A DNA stretch of 64,000 bases from Cyanophora paradoxa CCMP329. Taxonomy: Eukaryota > Plantae > Glaucophyta. Shown here piece by piece: positions 11,401 to 24,237 of the stretch. Positions within the stretch are counted from its first letter, which is position 1. Every line of letters begins with the position of its first letter. The notes under the pieces were generated by a model. It was given only the letters and a program-made list of their open reading frames with translations. It was not told the origin of the DNA and ran no database searches. The translations under genes were made by a program, and so were the position numbers. The stretch covers positions 1 through 64,000 of the forward strand of contig QPMI01000672.1 in NCBI GenBank assembly GCA_004431415.1, written 5' to 3'.

Positions 11401-14400
11401 CGAGGCCTGCTACCTTGTCGAGGCCGTAGTGCAGGCCCGCATCTCGTACGGCCTGAAGCTCATGACCCTGAGCGAGAGTCAGTGCCAGGAACTCGATCGT
11501 ATTTGGATGAGGGTCGTCAAGCACCACGGGAACCTCGCCGCCTCGACGACGAATTACGCAATCTGGAGCCACGGGGGGTACAGCCTCAAACGAACAGCCC
11601 ACCTGCAAGCGGAGGCGCAAATCACAGAGGCTCAGATCCGGCTCTGCGCGCCCGAGGGCTCGCTGCTGGCTCGGGGGGTACGGCACCGGGTGCGCGCACT
11701 GCAGGAGAAGCTTGGGGTGCCTCTGCTCCCGACCGAGTTCCTAAACGCGCCCATCTCCAGCGAACTCGCCCGCGGGAACTCCCTGGCGGCGATCATGCCG
11801 CAAATGCAGCGCCGTAAGTACCGGCTGATGTCGAATCACGCGCGCTATGCGGCGTTCCGCACCTTGCCCGGGGCGGAGCCTTGGCCTGACCCGGAGCGCC
11901 TCGACCGGCGCTACGTCGTGGCAATGCACATCCAAGATCCGTCTTCAGCGTCGCGGCCCTGCCCTGTACGGGGCGGGCGTGACGACCATGGACGCGGTGA
12001 CGGCAGCGGACGGCGAGACCCTGCGAACCTGGCAGGACCTGTACATGGGCGCGCCCAAGGGGACGCTGCAGAAGAGCGAGCCTGCGTGGTGGCGTGAGGT
12101 AGCGAACGCGCTCGCGGTTGATGGGAAGCAGCTGCGGCACCCGATGCGGCGGGCAGGAGAGCGCGCGTCAGCCATGGCCTCGCTCCCTGGCGGGCCCGGA
12201 AGGTGAAGTGGGCAAAGGACGCGTTCGTAGCCGTATTTGAGGCGGAGCAACTGCACGATGAATCTGCCGAGCCCCACGTGGGGCGAGTCGTTACGTTCAA
12301 ATCCGAGACGGGCAGCATATTAGCGTCGGAGTACCTGCTGGAGCACTGGGTGCCGGTGCCGAAGGGCGCGGACCCCGACGCGGAGAAAGAGGGACTCTAC
12401 TGCCGGTGCGACGGTCACTGCCGGCACCCCGAAATAGAGGGCGGACGAGCACGTACACGGCGGTGCAGGGGACAGGGAAGCAGTACTGGCACCATGACGA
12501 CCGGTGCACGCGCAATGCTCCATCGCGCTGCCCCGAAATGAGTCAGTGCGACGGCTCGTGGACGCACGGGAAGGGCTGGTGGAGGAGGAGGATACCCTCC
12601 TCGCCTTGGAAGGCGAACCGACGGAGGAGACGCCGGCGGTAGCGGCGGGTCAGGAGACGAAGTCGAAGCGCGGGCGCAAGCAGGTCGCCCTGCGACCGAC
12701 CTTGGAGTACTACGACCCGGGCCTGCGCACGCAAGACGACGAGAAACGCAGGGCGCTGCTTCTCCAGGCCCGCGTGAAAGCCGTACAGGATGGTGACGAG
12801 CGCTTCCTCCGCGAACAGCTGAGCCCGGAGGCCGAGGCTGAGCTGCAGGCCGCGCTGGAAGTGGCTGCGGCGGCGACGCCGGGCGCCGAGCCGCGGGACG
12901 AGGCACAACCTGTGTCAGATTCAGCAGAGCAGAGCGAACTCTACTACGCGGCGGAGCGCCGCGCCACTGGGACTCCCGGGCGGCGCAGGAAGGGTCACCC
13001 TCACCGTTTACTGGCAGCACATGCTGGCAAATTGGAGCAGATCGAAGAGGCGGAACTCGCGAAGCTCGGCCGTCGCCCGGGAAACTCGAGCAGTGGATAT
13101 GGACGGACGGGAGCCTGAAGAAGGGTCAAACGGAAGGGGCGCACGCGGGCCTCGGCGTCGTGAGCCCGGCTGAGTTCCCGGACGGGACCGTGGCGAACCA
13201 CCCGGAATGGGCAGGCACGTACGTTGGCAGGCTGCGCGGGCTTCAAGAGAACAACAAGGCTGAGCTCCAGGCTGCGATCGTCGCCGACGTGCTCGCGGCG
13301 CAGGGGTGCGCCTGCACACGGACAGTCAGAACGTCTGCACGTGGTTCGATAAGTTCGTGCTGAATGCGCACGATATGCACATGCGAGACTACATCCGGAA
13401 CACGTGCAGCGCTGAGCTGTACGCGTGGTCCAAGTTCCGCGCCCTGGTGATGGGACGGGATCGGCAGCGGCCGGCTGCGGTTATCAAGGTCAAGGCGCAC
13501 AGCGACGAGGATATGCACGAGCTAAACGACGCCGCCGACAGAGCGGCCGATCAAGGCGCGCACCTGGAACAGGAGGAACTGGACGAGAACATCTTCCTGC
13601 CGCCCGAGTTCAGCATGCCGGCAGTGCTGACGATCGAGGACCGACCGGGATAGTCAGGCGAGTCGAAGGCGACCCTCGCGGCACGCCGCTGTGCTTCACG
13701 CGCACCACACGCACTTCGCGTGGGCGAACCAGCTCAAGGCCGGGGAGTGGCTACGGCTGCCAGTGGATCACGGCGCAGTATACGATCAGATGGCTATGGG
13801 GCCCCGCCGAGTCGGAGTGAGCCGAGAGAGCAACTGCTTCCGGGGTACGCACATGAAACTCGTTTTGGGTACGGTGGCGACGGCCCTCGTCCGCAAGCGA
13901 GACGCGCCCGAGCTCTACAGCGAAGTGAACCCGGCAGGACTCTGTGCGCTCTGCAGCACACGGGAAATCGATGGCGACGGCCGGCCCCAGCTTGTGACTG
14001 GGCCCGAGGAGACGCTGGAGCACGTCCTCACCTGCCCCAGCGCGGTGGCGACGGAGGCGCGCACCGCTGCGGAAGCACGCATCGCAGCGACGGTCAGCGA
14101 GGCCCTCGAAGGCGCGCAGAAGCGGTCAGTGCCACACGCGCTCTCCAGCTCCCTGAAGGTCACGAGAGTAAACGACCCGACGCTCACGGCAGCTGAACGG
14201 CAGGCGCAGATGTGCGTGCTACGGGGGCTGCCCCGGCGGGCCTCACCGATATGATTCGCGAGACCGTCACGGACGCCAAGAAAGCTGCCCAGGTCGTGCG
14301 CAAGCTGACGACGGCCATAGGCGAGCAGGCCCATAAAACGTGGGCCGCCAGATGCCAGGCGTACGCGGAGTGGGAGAAGGCGTGCGGGATCACGAAGGTC

Positions 14401-17400
14401 ATGAAAGAACGTCGCGCCAAGGCGAAGCGCACTGAGGCGCGCGGGCGCGAGGCCGACGCGCCGCCTGACGATACGGCTGGCAACGCTCGCAGGAAGCGCG
14501 CGGATCCGGAGCCCCGGCAGCGGGAACGCTGCAGGGAGTGCGGTGCCCTCGAGTCCCGCCACCAAGGCGGGGAAACCCTAGCCCTCTCACACCTGAGCTG
14601 CCCGCCAGACGACTACGGCTGGGTCCGGGCTTCAGCGGCCATGCAAGTATACGACCATACGAACAGGTATGCTTGGGGCGTGGGCACACAGAGGGCGCGC
14701 CCGCGCTAGAGGGAGACACTGGGGGATTGCGGTCTGGGGCGGGCCGGAGGACGCAACACCAACAAATGGAGGCGGCGGAGGCGACGGCAGGAGGCGGCCA
14801 GTAGCCCAATCTACTGGGCTGGCGAGGAGCCTGGCACACGGCGCGGCGAGGCCCTTGGGCAGCGCTGGCGGCGGACATACCATGATTGGGAGTCTTTTGT
14901 AGAGATAGGACCTCGTAGCCGGGAGTTTAGGTTGGTTTAGAAATCGATACAGCTAGCTTCCACATCATTAGTATTAGTTAGAAACCTCCTTAGCTAGATA
15001 TCTAGACACGAAACCTTCAAACCTTTCGTTCATTTTGTACTTTCTAAAGCACAGCATACGACGGTCCTCGATAGTATCTAGTCGGAGAGATTTATTGGGC
15101 GATGTGAAACTCATTGTAGTTGTGTTGTGTGCTAATGCAAGAGATTTTAGTCGGCCCGTACGTCGGCGCCACGTTGTCCCCGCTGTACCCCACCGCCGAG
15201 AGCGCCCAGCTCACGGGCACCGTCACCGACGTCGTCGACTGCGGGATCGGCGTCCCCACCGTCACGTTCTCCACCGTCTTTGCGTGCACTGCGCCCCACG
15301 CCCCGCGTCAGCCTCCATCCCAGGACCCGCAAAAAAGTGTCTGCCGTGGCCCCACGCACCCGTCGAGTACGCCGTGGCGCTCGACGCCACCCCCAGGTAC
15401 GAGTAGTACACCGTCGCCGCGCAGCTCGTCACGTGCGACTGCACCTGCCACCTCCCGGAGCCCGCGCTGACCAGCACCGTGGCCGAGCCCGTCCCCGTCT
15501 CCGAGGCCACTGTCGCGTTCGAGGCCGAGTCCGCCACGCCGTTGCTCGAGCAGCTCACGGTCACGTTCGCGTACGCCGGCTCCGTGCCCGACGCCCCCGT
15601 CGTATTCCAGGACACCGCCGCCAAAACAGCGTCCGCCCCGCTCGACGAGACCGTCACCGACGGCGGCCCCACCGACTTGGCTGCGAGCAGGCGTCAGGGC
15701 CCAGCGCGACGCGGCCGCCCCGCGGCTCCACCCCGCGCCCCGCCCCCGCGCACCGAACAGCGATGCTGCCGTCGACGAGTTCGTGCTCATCGTGCTTGAC
15801 GCGGCGCCCGGTGTGAAGTCAGGCGCCGCGCCCGTCACGGTCCCCGCGTACGCCGTCAGATTGGCCCCGCTGCACGTGATCGTGTACGACGCGCCCATCT
15901 CGGGGAGCCCCAAGACGGTCACGTTGGCGCTCGTCGCCCCAGCCGTGATCGTGCCGCTCGCCAGGGAGCCCGTCCGCGTCACGCCGGCCCCGGAGCAGCT
16001 CACCTCCAGCGGCCCGTACGTCGGCGCCACGGTGTCCCCGCTGTACCCCACCGCCGAGAGCGCCCAGCTCACGGGCACCGTCACCGACGTCGTCGACTGC
16101 GGGATCGGCGTCCCCACCGTCACGTTCTCCACCGTCTTTGCGTGCACTGCGCCCCACGCCCCGCGTCAGCCTCCATCCCAGGACCCGCAAAAAAGTGTCT
16201 GCCGTGGCCCCACGCACCCGTCGAGTACGCCGTGGCGCTCGACGCCACCCCCAGGTACGAGTAGTACACCGTCGCCGCGCAGCTCGTCACGTGCGACTGC
16301 ACCTGCCACCTCCCGGAGCCCGCGCTGACCAGCACCGTGGCCGAGCCCGTCCCCGTCTCCGAGGCCACTGTCGCGTTCGAGGCCGAGTCCGCCACGCCGT
16401 TGCTCGAGCAGCTCACGGTCACGTTCGCGTACGCCGGCTCCGTGCCCGACGCCCCCGTCGTATTCCAGGACACCGCCGCCAAAACAGCGTCCGCCCCGCT
16501 CGACGAGACCGTCACCGACGGCGGCCCCACCGACTTGGCTGCGAGCAGGCGTCAGGGCCCAGCGCGACGCGGCCGCCCCGCGGCTCCACCCGCGCCCCGC
16601 CCCGCGCACCGAACAGCGATGCTGCCGTCGACGAGTTCGTGCTCATCGTGCTTGACGCGGCGCCCGGTGTGAAGTCAGGCGCCGCGCCCGTCACGGTCCC
16701 CGCGTACGCCGTCAGATTGGCCCCGCTGCACGTGATCGTGTACGACGCGCCCATCTCGGGGAGCCCCAAGACGGTCACGTTGGCGCTCGTCGCCCCAGCC
16801 GTGATCGTGCCGCTCGCCAGGGAGCCCGTCCGCGTCACGCCGGCCCGGAGCAGCTCACCTCCAGCGGCCCGTACGTCGGCGCCACGTTGTCCCCGCTGTA
16901 CCCCACCGCCGAGAGCGCCCAGCTCACGGGCACCGTCACCGACGTCGTCGACTGCGGGATCGGCGTCCCCACCGTCACGTTCTCCACCGTCTTTGCGTGC
17001 ACTGCGCCCCACGCCCCGCGTCAGCCTCCATCCCAGGACCCGCAAAAAGTGTCTGCCGTGGCCCCACGCACCCGTCGAGTACGCCGTGGCGCTCGACGCC
17101 ACCCCCAGGTACGAGTAGTACACCGTCGCCGCGCAGCTCGTCACGTGCGACTGCACCTGCCACCTCCCGGAGCCCGCGCTGACCAGCACCGTGGCCGAGC
17201 CCGTCCCCGTCTCCGAGGCCACTGTCGCGTTCGAGGCCGAGTCCGCCACGCCGTTGCTCGAGCAGCTCACGGTCACGTTCGCGTACGCCGGCTCCGTGCC
17301 CGACGCCCCCGTCGTATTCCAGGACACCGCCGCCAAAACAGCGTCCGCCCCGCTCGACGAGACCGTCACCGACGGCGGCCCACCGACTTGGCTGCGAGCA

Positions 17401-20400
17401 GGCGTCAGGGCCCAGCGCGACGCGGCCGCCCCGCGGCTCCACCCCGCGCCCCGCCCCGCGCACCGAACAGCGATGCTGCCGTCGACGAGTTCGTGCTCAT
17501 CGTGCTTGACGCGGCGCCCGGTGTGAAGTCAGGCGCCGCGCCCGTCACGGTCCCCGCGTACGCCGTCAGATTGGCCCCGCTGCACGTGATCGTGTACGAC
17601 GCGCCCATCTCGGGGAGCCCCAAGACGGTCACGTTGGCGCTCGTCGCCCCAGCCGTGATCGTGCCGCTCGCCAGGGAGCCCGTCCGCGTCACGCCGGCCC
17701 CGGAGCAGCTCACCTCCAGCGGCCCGTACGTCGGCGCCACGTTGTCCCCGCTGTACCCCACCGCCGAGAGCGCCCAGCTCACGGGCACCGTCACCGACGT
17801 CGTCGACTGCGGGATCGGCGTCCCCACCGTCACGTTCTCCACCGTCTTTGCGTGCACTGCGCCCCACGCCCCGCGTCAGCCTCCATCCCAGGACCCGCAA
17901 AAAGTGTCTGCCGTGGCCCCACGCACCCGTCGAGTACGCCGTGGCGCTCGACGCCACCCCCAGGTACGAGTAGTACACCGTCGCCGCGCAGCTCGTCACG
18001 TGCGACTGCACCTGCCACCTCCCGGAGCCCGCGCTGACCAGCACCGTGGCCGAGCCCGTCCCCGTCTCCGAGGCCACTGTCGCGTTCGAGGCCGAGTCCG
18101 CCACGCCGTTGCTCGAGCAGCTCACGGTCACGTTCGCGTACGCCGGCTCCGTGCCCGACGCCCCGTCGTATTCCAGGACACCGCCGCCAAAACAGCGTCC
18201 GCCCCGCTCGACGAGACCGTCACCGACGGCGGCCCCACCGACTTGGCTGCGAGCAGGCGTCAGGGCCCAGCGCGACGCGGCCGCCCCGCGGCTCCACCCC
18301 GCGCCCCGCCCCGCGCACCGAACAGCGATGCTGCCGTCGACGAGTTCGTGCTCATCGTGCTTGACGCGGCGCCCGGTGTGAAGTCAGGCGCCGCGCCCGT
18401 CACGGTCCCCGCGTACGCCGTCAGATTGGCCCCGCTGCACGTGATCGTGTACGACGCGCCCATCTCGGGGAGCCCCAAGACGGTCACGCTGGCGCTCGTC
18501 GCCCCAGCCGTGATCGTGCCGCTCGCCAGGGAGCCCGTCCGCGTCACGCCGGCCCCGGAGCAGCTCACCTCCAGCGGCCCGTACGTCGGCGCCACGTTGT
18601 CCCCGCTGTACCCCACCGCCGAGAGCGCCCAGCTCACGGGCACCGTCACCGACGTCGTCGACTGCGGGATCGGCGTCCCCACCGTCACGTTCTCCACCGT
18701 CTTTGCGTGCACTGCGCCCCACGCCCCGCGTCAGCCTCCATCCCAGGACCCGCAAAAAAGTGTCTGCCGTGGCCCCACGCACCCGTCGAGTACGCCGTGG
18801 CGCTCGACGCCACCCCCAGGTACGAGTAGTACACCGTCGCCGCGCAGCTCGTCACGTGCGACTGCACCTGCCACCTCCCGGAGCCCGCGCTGACCAGCAC
18901 CGTGGCCGAGCCCGTCCCCGTCTCCGAGGCCACTGTCGCGTTCGAGGCCGAGTCCGCCACGCCGTTGCTCGAGCAGCTCACGGTCACGTTCGCGTACGCC
19001 GGCTCCGTGCCCGACGCCCCCGTCGTATTCCAGGACACCGCCGCCAAAACAGCGTCCGCCCCGCTCGACGAGACCGTCACCGACGGCGGCCCCACCGACT
19101 TGGCTGCGAGCAGGCGTCAGGGCCCAGCGCGACGCGGCCGCCCCGCGGCTCCACCCCGCGCCCCGCCCCGCGCACCGAACAGCGATGCTGCCGTCGACGA
19201 GTTCGTGCTCATCGTGCTTGACGCGGCGCCCGGTGTGAAGTCAGGCGCCGCGCCCGTCACGGTCCCCGCGTACGCCGTCAGATTGGCCCCGCTGCACGTG
19301 ATCGTGTACGACGCGCCCATCTCGGGAGCCCCAAGACGGTCACGTTGGCGCTCGTCGCCCCAGCCGTGATCGTGCCGCTCGCCAGGGAGCCCGTCCGCGT
19401 CACGCCGGCCCCGGAGCAGCTCACCTCCAGCGGCCCGTACGTCGGCGCCACGTTGTCCCCGCTGTACCCCACCGCCGAGAGCGCCCAGCTCACGGGCACC
19501 GTCACCGACGTCGTCGACTGCGGATCGGCGTCCCCACCGTCACGTTCTCCACCGTCTTTGCGTGCACTGCGCCCCACGCCCCGCGTCAGCCTCCATCCCA
19601 GGACCCGCAAAAAAGTGTCTGCCGTGGCCCCACGCACCCGTCGAGTACGCCGTGGCGCTCGACGCCACCCCCAGGTACGAGTAGTACACCGTCGCCGCGC
19701 AGCTCGTCACGTGCGACTGCACCTGCCACCTCCCGGAGCCCGCGCTGACCAGCACCGTGGCCGAGCCCGTCCCCGTCTCCGAGGCCACTGTCGCGTTCGA
19801 GGCCGAGTCCGCCACGCCGTTGCTCGAGCAGCTCACGGTCACGTTCGCGTACGCCGGCTCCGTGCCCGACGCCCCCGTCGTATTCCAGGACACCGCCGCC
19901 AAAACAGCGTCCGCCCGCTCGACGAGACCGTCACCGACGGCGGCCCCACCGACTTGCTGCGAGCAGGCGTCAGGGCCCAGCGCGACGCGGCCGCCCCGCG
20001 GCTCCACCCCGCGCCCCGCCCCGCGCACCGAACAGCGATGCTGCCGTCGACGAGTTCGTGCTCATCGTGCTTGACGCGGCGCCCGGTGTGAAGTCAGGCG
20101 CCGCGCCCGTCACGGTCCCCGCGTACGCCGTCAGATTGGCCCCGCTGCACGTGATCGTGTACGACGCGCCCATCTCGGGGAGCCCCAAGACGGTCACGTT
20201 GGCGCTCGTCGCCCCAGCCGTGATCGTGCCGCTCGCCAGGGAGCCCGTCCGCGTCACGCCGGCCCCGGAGCAGCTCACCTCCAGCGGCCCGTACGTCGGC
20301 GCCACGTTGTCCCCGCTGTACCCCACCGCCGAGAGCGCCCAGCTCACGGGCACCGTCACCGACGTCGTCGACTGCGGGATCGGCGTCCCCACCGTCACGT

Positions 20401-23400
20401 TCTCCACCGTCTTTGCGTGCACTGCGCCCCACGCCCCGCGTCAGCCTCCATCCCAGGACCCGCAAAAAAGTGTCTGCCGTGGCCCCACGCACCCGTCGAG
20501 TACGCCGTGGCGCTCGACGCCACCCCAGGTACGAGTAGTACACCGTCGCCGCGCAGCTCGTCACGTGCGACTGCACCTGCCACCTCCCGGAGCCCGCGCT
20601 GACCACACCGTGGCCGAGCCCGTCCCCGTCTCCGAGGCCACTGTCGCGTTCGAGGCCGAGCCGCCACGCCGTTGCTCGAGCAGCTCACGGTCACGTTCGC
20701 GTACGCCGGCTCCGTGCCCGACGCCCCGTCGTATTCCAGGACACCGCCGCCAAAACAGCGTCCGCCCGCTCGACGAGACCGTCACCGACGGCGGCCCCAC
20801 CGACTTGGCTGCGAGCAGGCGTCAGGGCCCAGCGCGACGCGGCCGCCCCGCGGCTCCACCCCGCGCCCCGCCCCCGCGCACCGAACAGCGATGCTGCCGT
20901 CGACGAGTTCGTGCTCATCGTGCTTGACGCGGCGCCCGGTGTGAAGTCAGGCGCCGTGCCCGTCACGGTCCCCGCGTACGCCGTCAGATTGGCCCCGCTG
21001 CACGTGATCGTGTACGACGCGCCCATCTCGGGGAGCCCCAAGACGGTCACGTTGGCGCTCGTCGCCCCAGCCGTGATCGTGCCGCTCGCCAGGGAGCCCG
21101 TCCGCGTCACGCCGGCCCCGGAGCAGCTCACCTCCAGCGGCCCGTACGTCGGCGCCACGTTGTCCCCGCTGTACCCCACCGCCGAGAGCGCCCAGCTCAC
21201 GGGCACCGTCACCGACGTCGTCGACTGCGGGATCGGCGTCCCCACCGTCACGTTCTCCACCGTCTTTGCGTGCACTGCGCCCCACGCCCCGCGTCAGCCT
21301 CCATCCCAGGACCCGCAAAAAAGTGTCTGCCGTGGCCCCACGCACCCGTCGAGTACGCCGTGGCGCTCGACGCCACCCCCAGGTACGAGTAGTACACCGT
21401 CGCCGCGCAGCTCGTCACGTGCGACTGCACCTGCCACCTCCCGGAGCCCGCGCTGACCAGCACCGTGGCCGAGCCCGTCCCCGTCTCCGAGGCCACTGTC
21501 GCGTTCGAGGCCGAGTCCGCCACGCCGTTGCTCGAGCAGCTCACGGTCACGTTCGCGTACGCCGGCTCCGTGCCCGACGCCCCCGTCGTATTCCAGGACA
21601 CCGCCGCCAAAACAGCGTCCGCCCCGCTCGACGAGACCGTCACCGACGGCGGCCCCACCGACTTGGCTGCGAGCAGGCGTCAGGGCCCAGCGCGACGCGG
21701 CCGCCCCGCGGCTCCACCCCGCGCCCCGCCCCCGCGCACCGAACAGCGATGCTGCCGTCGACGAGTTCGTGCTCATCGTGCTTGACGCGGCGCCCGGTGT
21801 GAAGTCAGGCGCCGTGCCCGTCACGGTCCCCGCGTACGCCGTCAGATTGGCCCCGCTGCACGTGATCGTGTACGACGCGCCCATCTCGGGGAGCCCCAAG
21901 ACGGTCACGTTGGCGCTCGTCGCCCCAGCCGTGATCGTGCCGCTCGCCAGGGAGCCCGTCCGCGTCACGCCGGCCCCGGAGCAGCTCACCTCCAGCGGCC
22001 CGTACGTCGGCGCCACGTTGTCCCCGCTGTACCCCACCGCCGAGAGCGCCCAGCTCACGGGCACCGTCACCGACGTCGTCGACTGCGGGATCGGCGTCCC
22101 CACCGTCACGTTCTCCACCGTCTTTGCGTGCACTGCGCCCCACGCCCCGCGTCAGCCTCCATCCCAGGACCCGCAAAAAAGTGTCTGCCGTGGCCCCACG
22201 CACCCGTCGAGTACGCCGTGGCGCTCGACGCCACCCCCAGGTACGAGTAGTACACCGTCGCCGCGCAGCTCGTCACGTGCGACTGCACCTGCCACCTCCC
22301 GGAGCCCGCGCTGACCAGCACCGTGGCCGAGCCCGTCCCCGTCTCCGAGGCCACTGTCGCGTTCGAGGCCGAGTCCGCCACGCCGTTGCTCGAGCAGCTC
22401 ACGGTCACGTTCGCGTACGCCGGCTCCGTGCCCGACGCCCCCGTCGTATTCCAGGACACCGCCGCCAAAACAGCGTCCGCCCCGCTCGACGAGACCGTCA
22501 CCGACGGCGGCCCCACCGACTTGGCTGCGAGCAGGCGTCAGGGCCCAGCGCGACGCGGCCGCCCCGCGGCTCCACCCCGCGCCCCGCCCCCGCGCACCGA
22601 ACAGCGATGCTGCCGTCGACGAGTTCGTGCTCATCGTGCTTGACGCGGCGCCCGGTGTGAAGTCAGGCGCCGCGCCCGTCACGGTCCCCGCGTACGCCGT
22701 CAGATTGGCCCCGCTGCACGTGATCGTGTACGACGCGCCCATCTCGGGGAGCCCAAGACGGTCACGTTGGCGCTCGTCGCCCCAGCCGTGATCGTGCCGC
22801 TCGCCAGGGAGCCCGTCCGCGTCACGCCGGCCCCGGAGCAGCTCACCTCCAGCGGCCCGTACGTCGGCGCCACGTTGTCCCGCTGTACCCCACCGCCGAG
22901 AGCGCCCAGCTCACGGGCACCGTCACCGACGTCGTCGACTGCGGGATCGGCGTCCCCACCGTCACGTTCTCCACCGTCTTTGCGTGCACTGCGCCCCACG
23001 CCCCGCGTCAGCCTCCATCCCAGGACCCGCAAAAAAGTGTCTGCCGTGGCCCCACGCACCCGTCGAGTACGCCGTGGCGCTCGACGCCACCCCCAGGTAC
23101 GAGTAGTACACCGTCGCCGCGCAGCTCGTCACGTGCGACTGCACCTGCCACCTCCCGGAGCCCGCGCTGACCAACACCGTGGCCGAGCCCGTCCCCGTCT
23201 CCGAGGCCACTGTCGCGTTCGAGGCCGAGCCCGCCACGCCGTTGCTCGAGCAGCTCACGGTCACGTTCGCGTACGCCGGCTCCGTGCCCGACGCCCCCGT
23301 CGTATTCCAGGACACCGCCGCCAAAACAGCGTCCGCCCCGCTCGACGAGACCGTCACCGACGGCGGCCCCACCGACTTGGCTGCGAGTAGGCGTCAGGGC

Positions 23401-24237
23401 CCAGCGCGACGCGGCCGCCCCGCGGCTCCACCCCGCGCCCCGCCCCCGCGCACCGAACAGCGATGCTGCCGTCGACGAGTTCGTGCTCATCGTGCTTGAC
23501 GCGGCGCCCGGTGTGAAGTCAGGCGCCGCGCCCGTCACGGTCCCCGCGTACGCCGTCAGATTGGCCCCGCTGCACGTGATCGTGTACGACGCGCCCATCT
23601 CGGGGAGCCCCAAGACGGTCACGTTGGCGCTCGTCGCCCCAGCCGTGATCGTGCCGCTCGCCAGGGAGCCCGTCCGCGTCACGCCGGCCCCGGAGCAGCT
23701 CACCTCCAGCGGCCCGTACGTCAGCGCCACACTGCTTGAGTTGTATCCAACCGTCGAGAGCGCCCAGCTCACGGGCACCGTCACCGACGTCGTCGACTGC
23801 GGGATCGGCGTCCCCACCGTCATGCCCGCCACAGTTCTTATATTCACTGTTTTCGGCACCCCGCGTCAGCCCGCGCCCCGCGCTCCACGCCCATTCCCGA
23901 CTGCGGCCCCACGCACCCGTCGAGTACGCCGTGGCGCTCGACGCCACCCCCAGGTACGAGTAGTACACCGTCGCCGCGCAGCTCGTCACGTGCGACTGCA
24001 CCTGCCACCTCCCGGAGCCCGCGCTGACCAGCACCATGGCCGAGCCCGTCCCCGTCTCCGAGGCCACTGTTGCATTCGAGGCCGAGCCCGCCACGCCGTT
24101 GCTCGAGCAGCTCACGGTCACGTTCGCGTACGCCGGCTCCGTGCCCGACGCCCCCGTCGTATTCCAGGACACCGCCGCCAAAACAGCGTCCGCCCCGCTC
24201 AACGAGACCGTCACCAACGGCGTCCCCACTGACTTAG
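5418..24237. repeat. Tandem array of ~858-bp units, about 17 full copies plus partials
   Basis: Example unit: exon A 21346-21666, intron 21275-21345, exon B 20882-21274, intron 20809-20881. Copies are nearly identical, including the introns. Confidence 0.98.
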
